Assembly (NCBI GenBank): GCA_028599075.1
Contig: JAQRMW010000277.1
Location: 4,272-68,271 of the forward strand
Source of the DNA: Urechidicola sp.
Lineage (GTDB): Bacteria; Bacteroidota; Bacteroidia; Flavobacteriales; Flavobacteriaceae
Length of the DNA: 64,000 nt
Direction of reading: 5' to 3'
In this document: piece by piece, positions 38,994 to 49,278 of the stretch
Layout of the letters: the number at the start of each line of letters is the position of its first letter
How positions within the stretch are numbered: position 1 is the first letter of the stretch
The notes under the pieces: model-generated
Databases searched by the model: none
Told to the model about the DNA's origin: nothing
Seen by the model: the letters and a program-made list of their open reading frames with translations, nothing else
Program-made: the position numbers and the translations under genes

Positions 38994-40079
38994 ATGAAAA
39001 ATACAGCATTAACAGCAGTTCACGAATCATTAGGCGCTAAGATAGTTCCGTTTGCAGGATACAATATGCCTGTGCAATATGAGGGAATTAACATTGAACA
39101 CGAAACAGTACGAAAAGGTGTAGGGGTTTTTGATGTGTCTCACATGGGCGAATTTTTAATTGAAGGGTCTAAAGCATTAGAATTAATTCAGAAAGTGACT
39201 TCTAATGATGCTTCTAAATTAGCTTTAGGTGATGCGCAGTATTCTTGTTTTCCAAATGAAACTGGTGGAATAGTTGATGATTTAATTTGTTATAGAATTA
39301 AGGAAGATACCTATTTATTGGTGGTAAATGCATCTAATATTGATAAAGATTGGAATTGGATTTCTAAGTATAATGAAGCTATAGGTGCTGAGATGAAAAA
39401 TATTTCTGATGCTTATTCTCTCTTGGCAATTCAAGGTCCAAAAGCAATAGAAGCGATGCAGTCTATTACTTCGGTGGATTTAGCGAGTATTCCGTTTTAC
39501 AAATTTAAAGTAGGCGATTTTGCAGGTATTGAGCATGTAATTATTTCGGCAACTGGATATACTGGTTCAGGTGGATTCGAAATTTATTGCAAGAATGAAG
39601 AAGCACAACAAGTGTGGGATAAAGTTTTTGAAGCTGGTGCAGACTTCGGAATCAAACCAATTGGATTGGCGGCACGTGATACCTTGCGTTTAGAAATGGG
39701 TTATTGCCTGTACGGAAATGATATTAATGATACCACATCTCCAATTGAAGCTGGCTTGGGTTGGATTACAAAATTCACCAAAGAATTTGTAAATAGTGAA
39801 AACTTAAAAGTTCAAAAAGAAAATGGAGTGACTCGTAGATTGGTTGCTTTTGAATTGGATGAACGTGGAATTCCGAGACACGACTACCCAATTGTTGATG
39901 CTGAAGGAAATGAAATTGGTATCGTGACTTCTGGTACTATGAGTCCATCACTTAAAAAAGGAATTGGAATGGGTTATGTTACCAAAGAACAGTCTAAAAG
40001 GGATTCTAAAATTTATATTCAGGTTCGTAAAAAAGCGATTCCTGCGACGATTGTTCGATTGCCATTTTATAAAGGGTAA
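38994..40079 (+). CDS. gcvT: glycine cleavage system aminomethyltransferase T
   Basis: [29 protein letters not shown]..., [11 protein letters not shown] and [13 protein letters not shown]. Confidence 0.95.
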   Translation: MKNTALTAVHESLGAKIVPFAGYNMPVQYEGINIEHETVRKGVGVFDVSHMGEFLIEGSKALELIQKVTSNDASKLALGDAQYSCFPNETGGIVDDLICYRIKEDTYLLVVNASNIDKDWNWISKYNEAIGAEMKNISDAYSLLAIQGPKAIEAMQSITSVDLASIPFYKFKVGDFAGIEHVIISATGYTGSGGFEIYCKNEEAQQVWDKVFEAGADFGIKPIGLAARDTLRLEMGYCLYGNDINDTTSPIEAGLGWITKFTKEFVNSENLKVQKENGVTRRLVAFELDERGIPRHDYPIVDAEGNEIGIVTSGTMSPSLKKGIGMGYVTKEQSKRDSKIYIQVRKKAIPATIVRLPFYKG

Positions 40080-40136
40080 TGAAATAGAAATAAGACCGCT
40101 TTGCTTTTTAGATGTTAGACTTAAGACAACTCAGTT

Positions 40137-40162
40137 TTGTCTTTCCCGCGAAAGCGGGAATC
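40137..40162 (-). repeat. REP-like palindromic intergenic element (copy C)
   Basis: The reverse complement is GATTCCCGCTTTCGCGGGAAAGACAA, with a 7-bp TTCCCGC/GCGGGAA stem and a GAAA loop. Confidence 0.6.
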
Positions 40163-40190
40163 CATAAAAAAGAGAATCTTATCATAAGAT

Positions 40191-40218
40191 GAGATTTCTC
40201 AATACTTCGAAATAACAA
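40191..40218 (+). repeat. REP-like intergenic element, short ATTTC/GAAAT variant (copy C2)
   Basis: GAGATTTCTCAATACTTCGAAATAACAA. Its ends are identical to those of copy D at 31340-31384. Confidence 0.5.
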
Positions 40219-40220
40219 TA

Positions 40221-40263
40221 AAAAAACACCTTTCAAAATAATAATTGAAAGGTGTTTTTTTTT
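40221..40263. terminator. bidirectional rho-independent terminator between gcvT and clpC
   Basis: AAAAAACACCTTTCAA aataataa TTGAAAGGTGTTTTTTTTT. Confidence 0.85.
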
Positions 40264-40282
40264 ATGAATCAAAATCGATTAA

Positions 40283-42829
40283 TTATTCCTCAACCGCTTT
40301 TTTATCCTTTTTAATTTTAATTGTCAATTCATTAGATTTTTTATCTAAATCCATAGTGATGGTATCTCCTTCTGATAATTTAGAATTTACAATTTCTTGC
40401 GCCAAGGCATCTTCTATATATTTTTGAATAGCCCTCTTTAAAGGTCGTGCACCATATTGCTTGTCATAGCCTTTATCAACAATAAAGTCTTTTGCTTTAT
40501 CAGTTAAATTTAACGTATAACCTAAACCTGAAATTCTTTTTAATAACAAGTCTAATTCAATATCAATAATGCTATGAATATCATCTCTATCTAAAGAATT
40601 GAATACAATTACATCGTCAATTCTATTTAAAAATTCTGGGGCAAATGATTTTTTCAAGGCATTCTCTATCACACTTTTAGCATGAGCATCTGCTTGATCT
40701 TTTTTAGATGCAGTTCCAAAACCAACACCAGCACCAAAATCTTTTAATTGTCGCGAACCAATATTAGAAGTCATGATAATAATAGTATTTCTAAAATCGA
40801 TTCTTCTTCCTAGACTGTCTGTAATATATCCATCATCTAAAATTTGAAGCAGCATATTAAATACATCAGGATGCGCTTTTTCAATTTCATCTAATAAAAC
40901 TACTGCATAAGGCTTGCGTCTAATTTTCTCAGTAAGCTGTCCGCCTTCTTCATAGCCAACATATCCTGGAGGTGCTCCAATTAAACGAGAAATAGCAAAT
41001 TTTTCCATATACTCGCTCATGTCAATTCTAACTAAAGCTTCGTCATTATCAAACAACTCTCTTGCTAAAACTTTTGCTAATTGAGTTTTACCAACACCTG
41101 TTTGTCCTAAGAAAATAAAAGAGCCAATAGGCTTGTTAGGATCTTTTAAACCCACACGATTTCTTTGAATTGCCTTTACAACTTTCGTTACCGCTTCATT
41201 TTGACCAATCACCTTTCCTTTAATAAGTTGAGGCAACTCACTTAAACGATTGCTCTCATCTTCAGCAACTCTATTTACCGGAATTCCAGTCATCATAGAT
41301 ACCACTTCTGCAACATTGTCTTCAGTTACTATTTCGCGATTTAATTTAGAAGCATCTTCCCATTCTCTTTGGGCGGTTCCTAATAAGTTCTCCAATCGTT
41401 TTTCATCATCTCGCAATTTTGCTGCCTCTTCAAATTTTTGTCCATTTACAGCATTGGTTTTATCTAACTTTACTTTTTCTAACTGCGACTCAAAATCCAA
41501 CACCTCTTTTGGCACCACAATATTGGTTATATGAATACGTGAACCGGCCTCATCCAACGCATCAATTGCCTTGTCTGGTAAATAGCGATCTGTCATATAT
41601 CTATTAGTCAACTTAACACAAGCATCCACAGCGTCATCTGTGTAATTTACATGATGATGTGCTTCATATTTATCCTTAATGTTATGTAAAATCTCAATGG
41701 TTTCATCTACTGATGTTGGTTCAACAATCACCTTTTGAAAACGTCTTTCTAATGCGCCATCTTTTTCTATATTTTGACGGAACTCATCTAAAGTTGTTGC
41801 GCCAATACATTGAATTTCCCCCCTAGCAAGTGCAGGTTTTAACATGTTTGATGCATCTAATGAGCCTGTTGCTCCTCCAGCTCCAACAATGGTGTGAATT
41901 TCATCAATAAATAATATGATATCATCATTTTTTTCGAGTTCATTCATCAAAGCTTTCATGCGCTCTTCAAACTGTCCACGGTATTTTGTTCCAGCTACTA
42001 AGCTTGCTAAATCTAGAGAAACTATTCTTTTATTAAACAATATTCTAGAAACCTTTCTTTGGATAATTCGCAAAGCTAAGCCTTCTGCAATGGCAGATTT
42101 ACCCACGCCTGGTTCACCAATTAGCATTGGGTTGTTTTTTTTACGGCGACTTAAAATTTGTGACACGCGCTCAATTTCCTTTTTTCTACCCACAACAGGG
42201 TCTAACTTATCTTCTTCGGCAAGTTGCGTTAAATCACGTCCAAAATTATCTAAAACTGGAGTTTTTGACTTGGCTGAAGCCTTTCCTTTTACAGGCTGTT
42301 GCTCGAACGGGTTCTGTTTTGGCCCATCAAAATCATCATCCGATGGAGTTTCAGCTATTGGAGTAATTGTAACATCTGCTTCTGCATCTGGATTCAGTTG
42401 TTGAAAGATAGACTTTACCTCATTATAATCCACATTAAATTTTGAAAGTAATTTTGTAGTTGGGTCATTTTCGTTGCGTAAAACACATAATAATAAATGT
42501 GCTGTATTTACAGCATTACTCTTAAAAAGTTTTGCTTCTAAAAAGGAAGTTTTTAAGGCTTTTTCGGCTTGCTTTGTCAAGTGCAAATTTTTCTTTTGAT
42601 CCGTAGCTGAAATAATTGGATTTGCAGGACTTTGCAATTCCACTTTTTTGCGTAGATGCTCTAAATTTACATCTAAAATTTTAAGGATTTCGATAGCTTT
42701 CCCATCGCCTTTTCTCAATATTCCTAAAACTAAATGCTCGGTACCAATAAAGTCATGACCCAAACGCAATGCTTCTTCTTTGCTGTAGGCTATCACATCT
42801 TTTACTTTAGGTGAAAAATTATCGTCCAT
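40283..42829 (-). CDS. clpC: ATP-dependent Clp protease ATP-binding subunit (ClpC-type class I Hsp100)
   Basis: Two Clp_N repeats, two AAA+ modules (GEPGVGKSAIAEGLA; GQTGVGKTQLAK), a short UVR-like middle motif (KFEEAAKLRDDEKRL) and the GARPLKRAIQ sensor. Confidence 0.9.
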   Translation of the reverse strand: MDDNFSPKVKDVIAYSKEEALRLGHDFIGTEHLVLGILRKGDGKAIEILKILDVNLEHLRKKVELQSPANPIISATDQKKNLHLTKQAEKALKTSFLEAKLFKSNAVNTAHLLLCVLRNENDPTTKLLSKFNVDYNEVKSIFQQLNPDAEADVTITPIAETPSDDDFDGPKQNPFEQQPVKGKASAKSKTPVLDNFGRDLTQLAEEDKLDPVVGRKKEIERVSQILSRRKKNNPMLIGEPGVGKSAIAEGLALRIIQRKVSRILFNKRIVSLDLASLVAGTKYRGQFEERMKALMNELEKNDDIILFIDEIHTIVGAGGATGSLDASNMLKPALARGEIQCIGATTLDEFRQNIEKDGALERRFQKVIVEPTSVDETIEILHNIKDKYEAHHHVNYTDDAVDACVKLTNRYMTDRYLPDKAIDALDEAGSRIHITNIVVPKEVLDFESQLEKVKLDKTNAVNGQKFEEAAKLRDDEKRLENLLGTAQREWEDASKLNREIVTEDNVAEVVSMMTGIPVNRVAEDESNRLSELPQLIKGKVIGQNEAVTKVVKAIQRNRVGLKDPNKPIGSFIFLGQTGVGKTQLAKVLARELFDNDEALVRIDMSEYMEKFAISRLIGAPPGYVGYEEGGQLTEKIRRKPYAVVLLDEIEKAHPDVFNMLLQILDDGYITDSLGRRIDFRNTIIIMTSNIGSRQLKDFGAGVGFGTASKKDQADAHAKSVIENALKKSFAPEFLNRIDDVIVFNSLDRDDIHSIIDIELDLLLKRISGLGYTLNLTDKAKDFIVDKGYDKQYGARPLKRAIQKYIEDALAQEIVNSKLSEGDTITMDLDKKSNELTIKIKKDKKAVEE

Positions 42830-43252
42830 TTTGTTTCTCTTTTAAGGTTGAAGTATGTATAAACTTATATGCCATTTTATTTGGTGATTGAAACAAAAAC
42901 TAAAAACCTAATAAAGTTTTTTTGTTTATAGCAACAACACACAAATACATAGGCAAATATATTAAATCATCAGTCGTAAAAAATCAATCTAACTATCAGA
43001 TTTATACTGTAAAAATAATGGTTTTTTCTTTCAATTTAAAATCAAAAGAAATGAGCCTTAAATAACTGATTTTTAATTATTGTAAATATGTAATAAAAAT
43101 AGCTGATTAACAAAGGGTTGCAGAGCTGTTTTCTTAACAGTAAATTGTTAATAACTATTCTGAATTAGCTCCTCGTTTTTTGGTTTAAAAAAAGGGAATA
43201 ATTGTATCTTGCTGTTCTATTTAAAAATACGAAAAAACTAAACATTTTATAT

Positions 43253-45778
43253 ATGACAGATGGAGAAAAAATAATCCCAATTAATATTGAAGATGAAATG
43301 AAATCTGCCTACATCGATTACTCGATGTCGGTGATTGTTTCGAGAGCATTACCAGATGTTCGTGACGGGTTAAAACCGGTTCACAGAAGGGTACTTTTTG
43401 GAATGCATGAATTAGGGATTAAAGCTACAGGATCTTATAAAAAATCAGCAAGAATTGTCGGGGAAGTTTTAGGAAAGTACCACCCCCATGGTGATACATC
43501 AGTATATGATTCTATGGTGCGTATGGCGCAACATTGGAGTGTACGTTATATGATGGTTGACGGACAAGGAAACTTTGGGTCTGTTGATGGTGATAGTCCT
43601 GCGGCAATGCGTTATACAGAGGTGCGAATGCAAAAGATATCAGAAGACATGTTATCTGATATTGAAAAAAATACCGTTGATAGGCGCTTAAATTTTGATG
43701 ACACTTTATATGAGCCAACAGTTCTACCAACAAGAATTCCAAACTTATTAGTAAACGGAGCTTCAGGTATCGCAGTTGGTATGGCAACAAATATGGCTCC
43801 ACATAACTTAACCGAAGTTATTAATGGTACCGTTGCATATATCGATAATAATGATATTGAGATTGACGAGTTAATGCAGCATGTAAAAGCTCCAGATTTT
43901 CCTACTGGCGGAATTATTTATGGGTATGATGGTGTAAAGGATGCTTTTCATACAGGACGAGGTAGAATCGTAATGCGTGCAAAAGCTAGCTTTGAAGAAA
44001 TCAAAGGTCGTGAGTGTATCATTGTCACTGAGATTCCGTATCAAGTGAATAAAGCAGATATGATTAAGAAAACTGCTGACTTGGTAAATGATAAAAAGTT
44101 AGATGGCATTGCAAATATTAGAGATGAGTCTGATAGAAAAGGGATGCGCATTGTTTATGTTTTAAAACGCGATGCAATACCAAATGTAGTGTTGAACAAG
44201 TTGTTTAAGTATACTGCATTGCAAACTTCTTTTAGCGTTAACAATATCGCTTTAGTAAATGGTAGGCCAGAACAATTGAATCTAAAACAATTGATTCATT
44301 ATTTTGTTGAGCATAGACATGATGTAATTTTACGTCGTACTAAATTCGATTTAGATAAAGCAGAAGCAAGAGCACATATTTTAGAAGGATTGATTATTGC
44401 ATCAGACAATATTGATGAAGTAATTAAAATAATCCGTGCATCTTCTAACGCTGATGAAGCTCGTGAGAATTTGATAAAACGATTCGAGCTTACAGAGATT
44501 CAGGCAAAAGCAATTGTTGAAATGCGTTTACGCCAGTTAACAGGATTAGAGCAAGACAAGTTGCGCGCTGAGTATGATGAAATCATGAAAACAATTGAAG
44601 ATTTAAAAGATATTCTGTCTAATGAACCTAGACGCTATAATATCATTAAAGAAGAATTGATTGCAATTAGAGATAAATATGGTGATGATCGTAGATCGGT
44701 GATTGAATATGCTGGTGGTGATTTGAGTATTGAAGATATGATTCCTAATTCTAAAGTAGTTCTTACTATTTCTCATGCAGGATATGTAAAGCGTACAAAC
44801 TTAGATGAATATAAAGTTCAGAACAGAGGTGGTCGTGGTCAAAAAGGAGTATCTACCAGAAATGAAGATTTCTTAGAACACTTATTTGTTGGGACCAATC
44901 ATCAATATATGTTATTCTTTACACAAAAAGGAAAAGTATTCTGGATGCGTGTATTTGAGATTCCAGAAGGCGGAAAAACATCTAAAGGTAGAGCAATCCA
45001 GAACTTAATCAACATTGAAAAAGATGATAAAGTAATGGCATTTTTGGTAACTCAAGATTTAAAAGACCAAGAGTACATCAACAGTCATTATGTGATTATG
45101 GCGACCAAAAATGGTCAAGTTAAAAAGACTTCTTTAGAACAATATTCTAGACCGAGAACTAACGGAATTAACGCAATCACAATTAGAGATAATGACGAAT
45201 TGTTAGAAGCTAAATTAACTACAGGAGATAGCCAAGTTATGTTGGCATTGAAGTCTGGAAAATGTATTCGATTTGAAGAAAGTAAAACAAGACCTATGGG
45301 ACGTAATGCCTCAGGAGTTAGAGGTATTAGACTTCAAAATGAAAAGGATGAGGTTATTGGTATGATTGCTGTTAACGATGAAGAAAGCAATGTACTAGTT
45401 GTTTCAGAAAATGGTTATGGTAAGCGATCTAGTTTAGAAGATTATCGAATCACTAACCGTGGTGGGAAAGGAGTAAAAACAATTAATGTTACAGATAAAA
45501 CAGGATGTTTAGTTGCAATAAAAAATGTAACTGATGAAGACGATTTAATGATTATCAATAGATCTGGAATAACGATTCGTATGGCTGTTTCTGATTTACG
45601 TGTTATGGGTAGAGCTACCCAGGGTGTTAAATTAATTAATATTAAAGATTCTGATTCTATCGCTGCAGTTGCCAAAGTAATGCAAGAAGATGAAGAAGAT
45701 ATTGATGGCGTAGAGAATGAAACTAGTTCAGAAAATACTGCTACGGAAGATAACAATGAGCAAAACAATCAAGAATAA
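43253..45778 (+). CDS. gyrA: DNA gyrase subunit A
   Basis: [32 protein letters not shown], the [17 protein letters not shown], the active-site AAMRYTE, and a C-terminal beta-pinwheel with an acidic tail. The start is set at ATG 43253. Confidence 0.95.
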   Translation: MTDGEKIIPINIEDEMKSAYIDYSMSVIVSRALPDVRDGLKPVHRRVLFGMHELGIKATGSYKKSARIVGEVLGKYHPHGDTSVYDSMVRMAQHWSVRYMMVDGQGNFGSVDGDSPAAMRYTEVRMQKISEDMLSDIEKNTVDRRLNFDDTLYEPTVLPTRIPNLLVNGASGIAVGMATNMAPHNLTEVINGTVAYIDNNDIEIDELMQHVKAPDFPTGGIIYGYDGVKDAFHTGRGRIVMRAKASFEEIKGRECIIVTEIPYQVNKADMIKKTADLVNDKKLDGIANIRDESDRKGMRIVYVLKRDAIPNVVLNKLFKYTALQTSFSVNNIALVNGRPEQLNLKQLIHYFVEHRHDVILRRTKFDLDKAEARAHILEGLIIASDNIDEVIKIIRASSNADEARENLIKRFELTEIQAKAIVEMRLRQLTGLEQDKLRAEYDEIMKTIEDLKDILSNEPRRYNIIKEELIAIRDKYGDDRRSVIEYAGGDLSIEDMIPNSKVVLTISHAGYVKRTNLDEYKVQNRGGRGQKGVSTRNEDFLEHLFVGTNHQYMLFFTQKGKVFWMRVFEIPEGGKTSKGRAIQNLINIEKDDKVMAFLVTQDLKDQEYINSHYVIMATKNGQVKKTSLEQYSRPRTNGINAITIRDNDELLEAKLTTGDSQVMLALKSGKCIRFEESKTRPMGRNASGVRGIRLQNEKDEVIGMIAVNDEESNVLVVSENGYGKRSSLEDYRITNRGGKGVKTINVTDKTGCLVAIKNVTDEDDLMIINRSGITIRMAVSDLRVMGRATQGVKLINIKDSDSIAAVAKVMQEDEEDIDGVENETSSENTATEDNNEQNNQE

Positions 45779-45883
45779 ATAAATTTAGTTAAAATGAAAC
45801 GAGCATGCTAAAATGTTTATCAGTCAAGGAATTGATTAATAGCGAACAGCATGTGACATTTAAAAAACAATAAATATAGACAC

Positions 45884-47140
45884 ATGAAAACAAAAAAAAT
45901 AGGAATGTTTGCCTTAGCACTTTTATTAAGTGTTGCAACATTTTCACAAAAATCAGAATTAAAAGCTGCAGACAAAGCGGTTAAAAAAGGAGATTTCTCT
46001 ACTGCAACAACTATTTTAAATGGTGCAGAAGGTTTAATTGCAAATGCCGAGGCTAAATATCAAGCAAAATATTATTACTTAAAAGGGATGGCTTTGTATG
46101 CAAATGGAACTAAACCAGCAAATATAAATGATGCTGCGGCTGCTTTCAATCAGTTAATAGCTATTGAAAAGAAATCTGGTAATAATACATATTCTAATGA
46201 AGCAAGCACAACGCTTAAATCTATTATTGATAAAGCTGATGCAGATGCTCTTGCAGCATATCAAAGTGCGTCAGCTACACAAGATGATGCAGGGTATATT
46301 AAAGCTGCCAAGAATTATGAGCGTGTCTTTTTATTAAGTCCTGCTGATACTGCTTACCTAAATAATTCTGCAATGTTATTAGCCGTTGGTAAAGCTTATG
46401 AAAAGTCTAATGAACAATACCAACAATTACTAGATATGGGCTATACAGGTATTGCTACAACTTACCAAGCTACTAGTACTGTTAATGGAGAGCCTATTGC
46501 TTATAATTCTCAAAAAGAAATGAATCAGCAAGTTAAGTTAGGTATTGCTAAAGACCCTAAAACTGATGTTTCTAAGTCTAAAGTAAATGGAATAATTAAA
46601 GCAATTGCAACAAATTATGGCCGCTTAGAAAATAATGAAAAAGCTTTAGAGTTTATTGAAAAAGCAAGAATTGCAAGTCCAAATGATTATGATTTGGTTA
46701 TTGAAGAAGCTAATGTGTATTACAGAATGGGTAACGACGCTATGTTTAAAGAAAAATTAGAAGAGGCAATTAAATTAAATCCTACTGATCCAAATTTATA
46801 TTTTAATGTTGGAGTTATGAACATGAATCTAGGTGATAATGAAGCCGCTGCAATAAGCTTTAAAAAAGCAATAGAATTAAAGCCTGATTTTGGTGATGCC
46901 TATAATAATTTAGGCGCTATGGCATTGGACAAAGCAAAACCTGTGCAAGAAGAATTGGATGCTAATGCAATGAACTTTAAAAAGTATGATCAAATTAAAG
47001 CTAAAAAATTAATACCGATTTATAGAGAAGCTTTAACATATTATGAAAAAGCTCATGAACTAATTCCTGATGATGAAGCGTTGAAAAACTTGGTAAATAG
47101 CCTGTATGAAAATTTAGATATGGATAAAAAAATAGAATAG
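45884..47140 (+). CDS. TPR-repeat secreted protein
   Basis: It has a signal peptide and several TPR-like units (e.g. AISFKKAIELKPDFGDAYNNLG). Confidence 0.7.
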   Translation: MKTKKIGMFALALLLSVATFSQKSELKAADKAVKKGDFSTATTILNGAEGLIANAEAKYQAKYYYLKGMALYANGTKPANINDAAAAFNQLIAIEKKSGNNTYSNEASTTLKSIIDKADADALAAYQSASATQDDAGYIKAAKNYERVFLLSPADTAYLNNSAMLLAVGKAYEKSNEQYQQLLDMGYTGIATTYQATSTVNGEPIAYNSQKEMNQQVKLGIAKDPKTDVSKSKVNGIIKAIATNYGRLENNEKALEFIEKARIASPNDYDLVIEEANVYYRMGNDAMFKEKLEEAIKLNPTDPNLYFNVGVMNMNLGDNEAAAISFKKAIELKPDFGDAYNNLGAMALDKAKPVQEELDANAMNFKKYDQIKAKKLIPIYREALTYYEKAHELIPDDEALKNLVNSLYENLDMDKKIE

Positions 47141-47162
47141 TTTTTGTCTAAAATACTTAATT

Positions 47163-47188
47163 AAAAAGCCTGCAATTGCAGGCTTTTT
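47163..47188. terminator. bidirectional rho-independent terminator
   Basis: AAAAAGCCTGCA at TGCAGGCTTTTT. Confidence 0.9.
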
Positions 47189-47191
47189 AAT

Positions 47192-47962
47192 TTATATAAT
47201 TTTTTTAATGACTCTTAATTTATGAGTATGTCTATTGGTATCAACATTGTAAATTCCGTTATGATCCAATCTATCAATCCGTACTTTTCCATGGGCATGA
47301 ATGATGTAATTATCTTTCATAATAATCCCAACATGGATAATCTCTCCCAGATTATCATCAAAAAAAGCTAAATCTCCTGGTTCGCTTTCTTCTATAAAAC
47401 TCAACACATCACCTTGGCTAGCTTGTTCGTTGGCATTGCGCAATAATTGATAACCACACAATTTATAAACCATTTGCGTAAAACCAGAACTATCAATACC
47501 AAAAGGAGTTTTACCACCCCATAAATAGGGAGTATTAAGATACATAAAAGCAGTATCTATAAGAAAGTCTTTTGGAGATTTTTCTGAGCGTGTTACCCCT
47601 TGGTAAGAATATTTTTTATTGAGAATTGAAAGTGAATTATTTCTATAAAACGGTAGCGTTGCTCCAAGCGGGATTGGTGTTAAACTTTCTTGATTATCAG
47701 AAAGAAAGTCAATCAATTCTCCAGCTAAAGTATTAGTATTTTCATTTAATTCAAGAAACTCGCTTTCTTCAATTTCTATAAATTGCTTGTTATCAATCCA
47801 ACCTTCTTTCTTATCAAAAACTGCTCGCACCCTACTCCACTTACTCCTTTTTTCAAGGACTTTAAAATGTTCGCCAAATAGCAATTGCGAAATCATTTCA
47901 CTTTGATTATTGGCCTCAAGCCTAAGTGAAACAATACTTAAATTACATATTCCGAATTGCAT
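47192..47962 (-). CDS. NlpC/P60 (C40) peptidase with an N-terminal SH3b-like domain
   Basis: YLWGGKTPFGIDSSGFTQMVY (catalytic Cys context replaced by DSSG as in many Bacteroidota members) and ...GDLAFF...HVGI. Confidence 0.85.
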   Translation of the reverse strand: MQFGICNLSIVSLRLEANNQSEMISQLLFGEHFKVLEKRSKWSRVRAVFDKKEGWIDNKQFIEIEESEFLELNENTNTLAGELIDFLSDNQESLTPIPLGATLPFYRNNSLSILNKKYSYQGVTRSEKSPKDFLIDTAFMYLNTPYLWGGKTPFGIDSSGFTQMVYKLCGYQLLRNANEQASQGDVLSFIEESEPGDLAFFDDNLGEIIHVGIIMKDNYIIHAHGKVRIDRLDHNGIYNVDTNRHTHKLRVIKKII

Positions 47963-47983
47963 TTATAATAAAGGGTGTTGAGT

Positions 47984-49162
47984 TTATAATTTTTCGATAA
48001 CAATTGCACTAGCACCACCACCACCATTACAAATTCCGGCAGCACCAATCTTAGCATTGTTTTGTCCTAATACAGATATTAATGACATGATGATTCTGGC
48101 ACCAGACATACCAAGTGGGTGTCCTAATGAAACAGCACCACCATTAACATTTACTTTGTTAGCATCTAAATCAAGAATTTTAATATTAGCTAAACCAACT
48201 ACACTAAATGCTTCGTTTAACTCAAAATAATCAACATCATTAACCGATAACTTAGCTTTGTCTAATGCTTTTGGCAATGCTTTAGCAGGTGCTGTAGTAA
48301 ACCATTTTGGCTCTTGAGCGGCATCAGCATAAGAAATTATTTTTGCCAAAGGTTTTAAATTCATTTCTGCAGCTTTATCAGCACTCATTAAAACCATAGC
48401 GGCAGCACCATCGTTTAATGTTGATGCATTTGCGGCTGTAACACTTCCTTCTTTTGAAAATACTGGACGTAAATTTGGAATCTTTTCCATTTTTACATTT
48501 TTATATTCTTCATCTTCAGAAAATAAAATAGCATCTCCTCTTCTCTGTGGGATTTCAACCGGAACGACTTCATCTTTGAATTTATTTTCACTCCAAGCAT
48601 TAGCAGACCTTGTATAAGATTCAATTGCAAAAGCATCTTGATCTTCTCTAGTAAAATCATATTCATTGGCACATAAATCGCCACAGGTACCCATATGTTT
48701 TTGATCGTACACATCAGTAAGTCCGTCTACTAAAAGTCCATCAACAACTTTAATATTACCTAATTTCACCGCATTTCTTCCTGACATATAATGCGGAATA
48801 CTACTCATATTTTCCATACCACCAGCAACTACTATTTCAGCATCGCCGCATTGTATTGCTTGTGCTGCAATCATCACAGATTTCATTCCAGATGAACACA
48901 CTTTGTTAATTGTTGTACACGGAACAGTATTCGGAATTCCGGCAAATATAGCTGCTTGTCTTGCAGGTGCTTGACCCAAGCCAGCTGATACAACATTACC
49001 CATAAATACTTCATCAACTTTATCTCCAGATAAGTTAATTTTTTCTAGTGCTCCTTTAATGGCAACTGCTCCTAATTTCGGTGCAGGAATTGAAGATAGT
49101 GTCCCCATAAAACTTCCAATCGGAGTTCTTGCCATTGATACAATTACAATCTCTTTATTCAT
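47984..49162 (-). CDS. acetyl-CoA C-acetyltransferase (thiolase II)
   Basis: VCSSGMKS active-site Cys, NVNGGAVSLGHPLGMSGAR and GICNGGGGASA motifs. Confidence 0.95.
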   Translation of the reverse strand: MNKEIVIVSMARTPIGSFMGTLSSIPAPKLGAVAIKGALEKINLSGDKVDEVFMGNVVSAGLGQAPARQAAIFAGIPNTVPCTTINKVCSSGMKSVMIAAQAIQCGDAEIVVAGGMENMSSIPHYMSGRNAVKLGNIKVVDGLLVDGLTDVYDQKHMGTCGDLCANEYDFTREDQDAFAIESYTRSANAWSENKFKDEVVPVEIPQRRGDAILFSEDEEYKNVKMEKIPNLRPVFSKEGSVTAANASTLNDGAAAMVLMSADKAAEMNLKPLAKIISYADAAQEPKWFTTAPAKALPKALDKAKLSVNDVDYFELNEAFSVVGLANIKILDLDANKVNVNGGAVSLGHPLGMSGARIIMSLISVLGQNNAKIGAAGICNGGGGASAIVIEKL

Positions 49163-49278
49163 AATTTGATGTTCAAAATTTATGATGCGAATTTAATCAT
49201 TTTACTTCAATTTAGCATTGTTTGTAAACAGATAACATAGAATTAAAAAAGTAGGTTTTTATTTTTTACATTTGAAGT

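Noticed and set aside
31340-40218. The short palindromic repeats as a CRISPR array
   Set aside because: The copies are dispersed over 9 kb in different intergenic regions and in both orientations. They have no regular repeat-spacer periodicity, and no cas genes are present.
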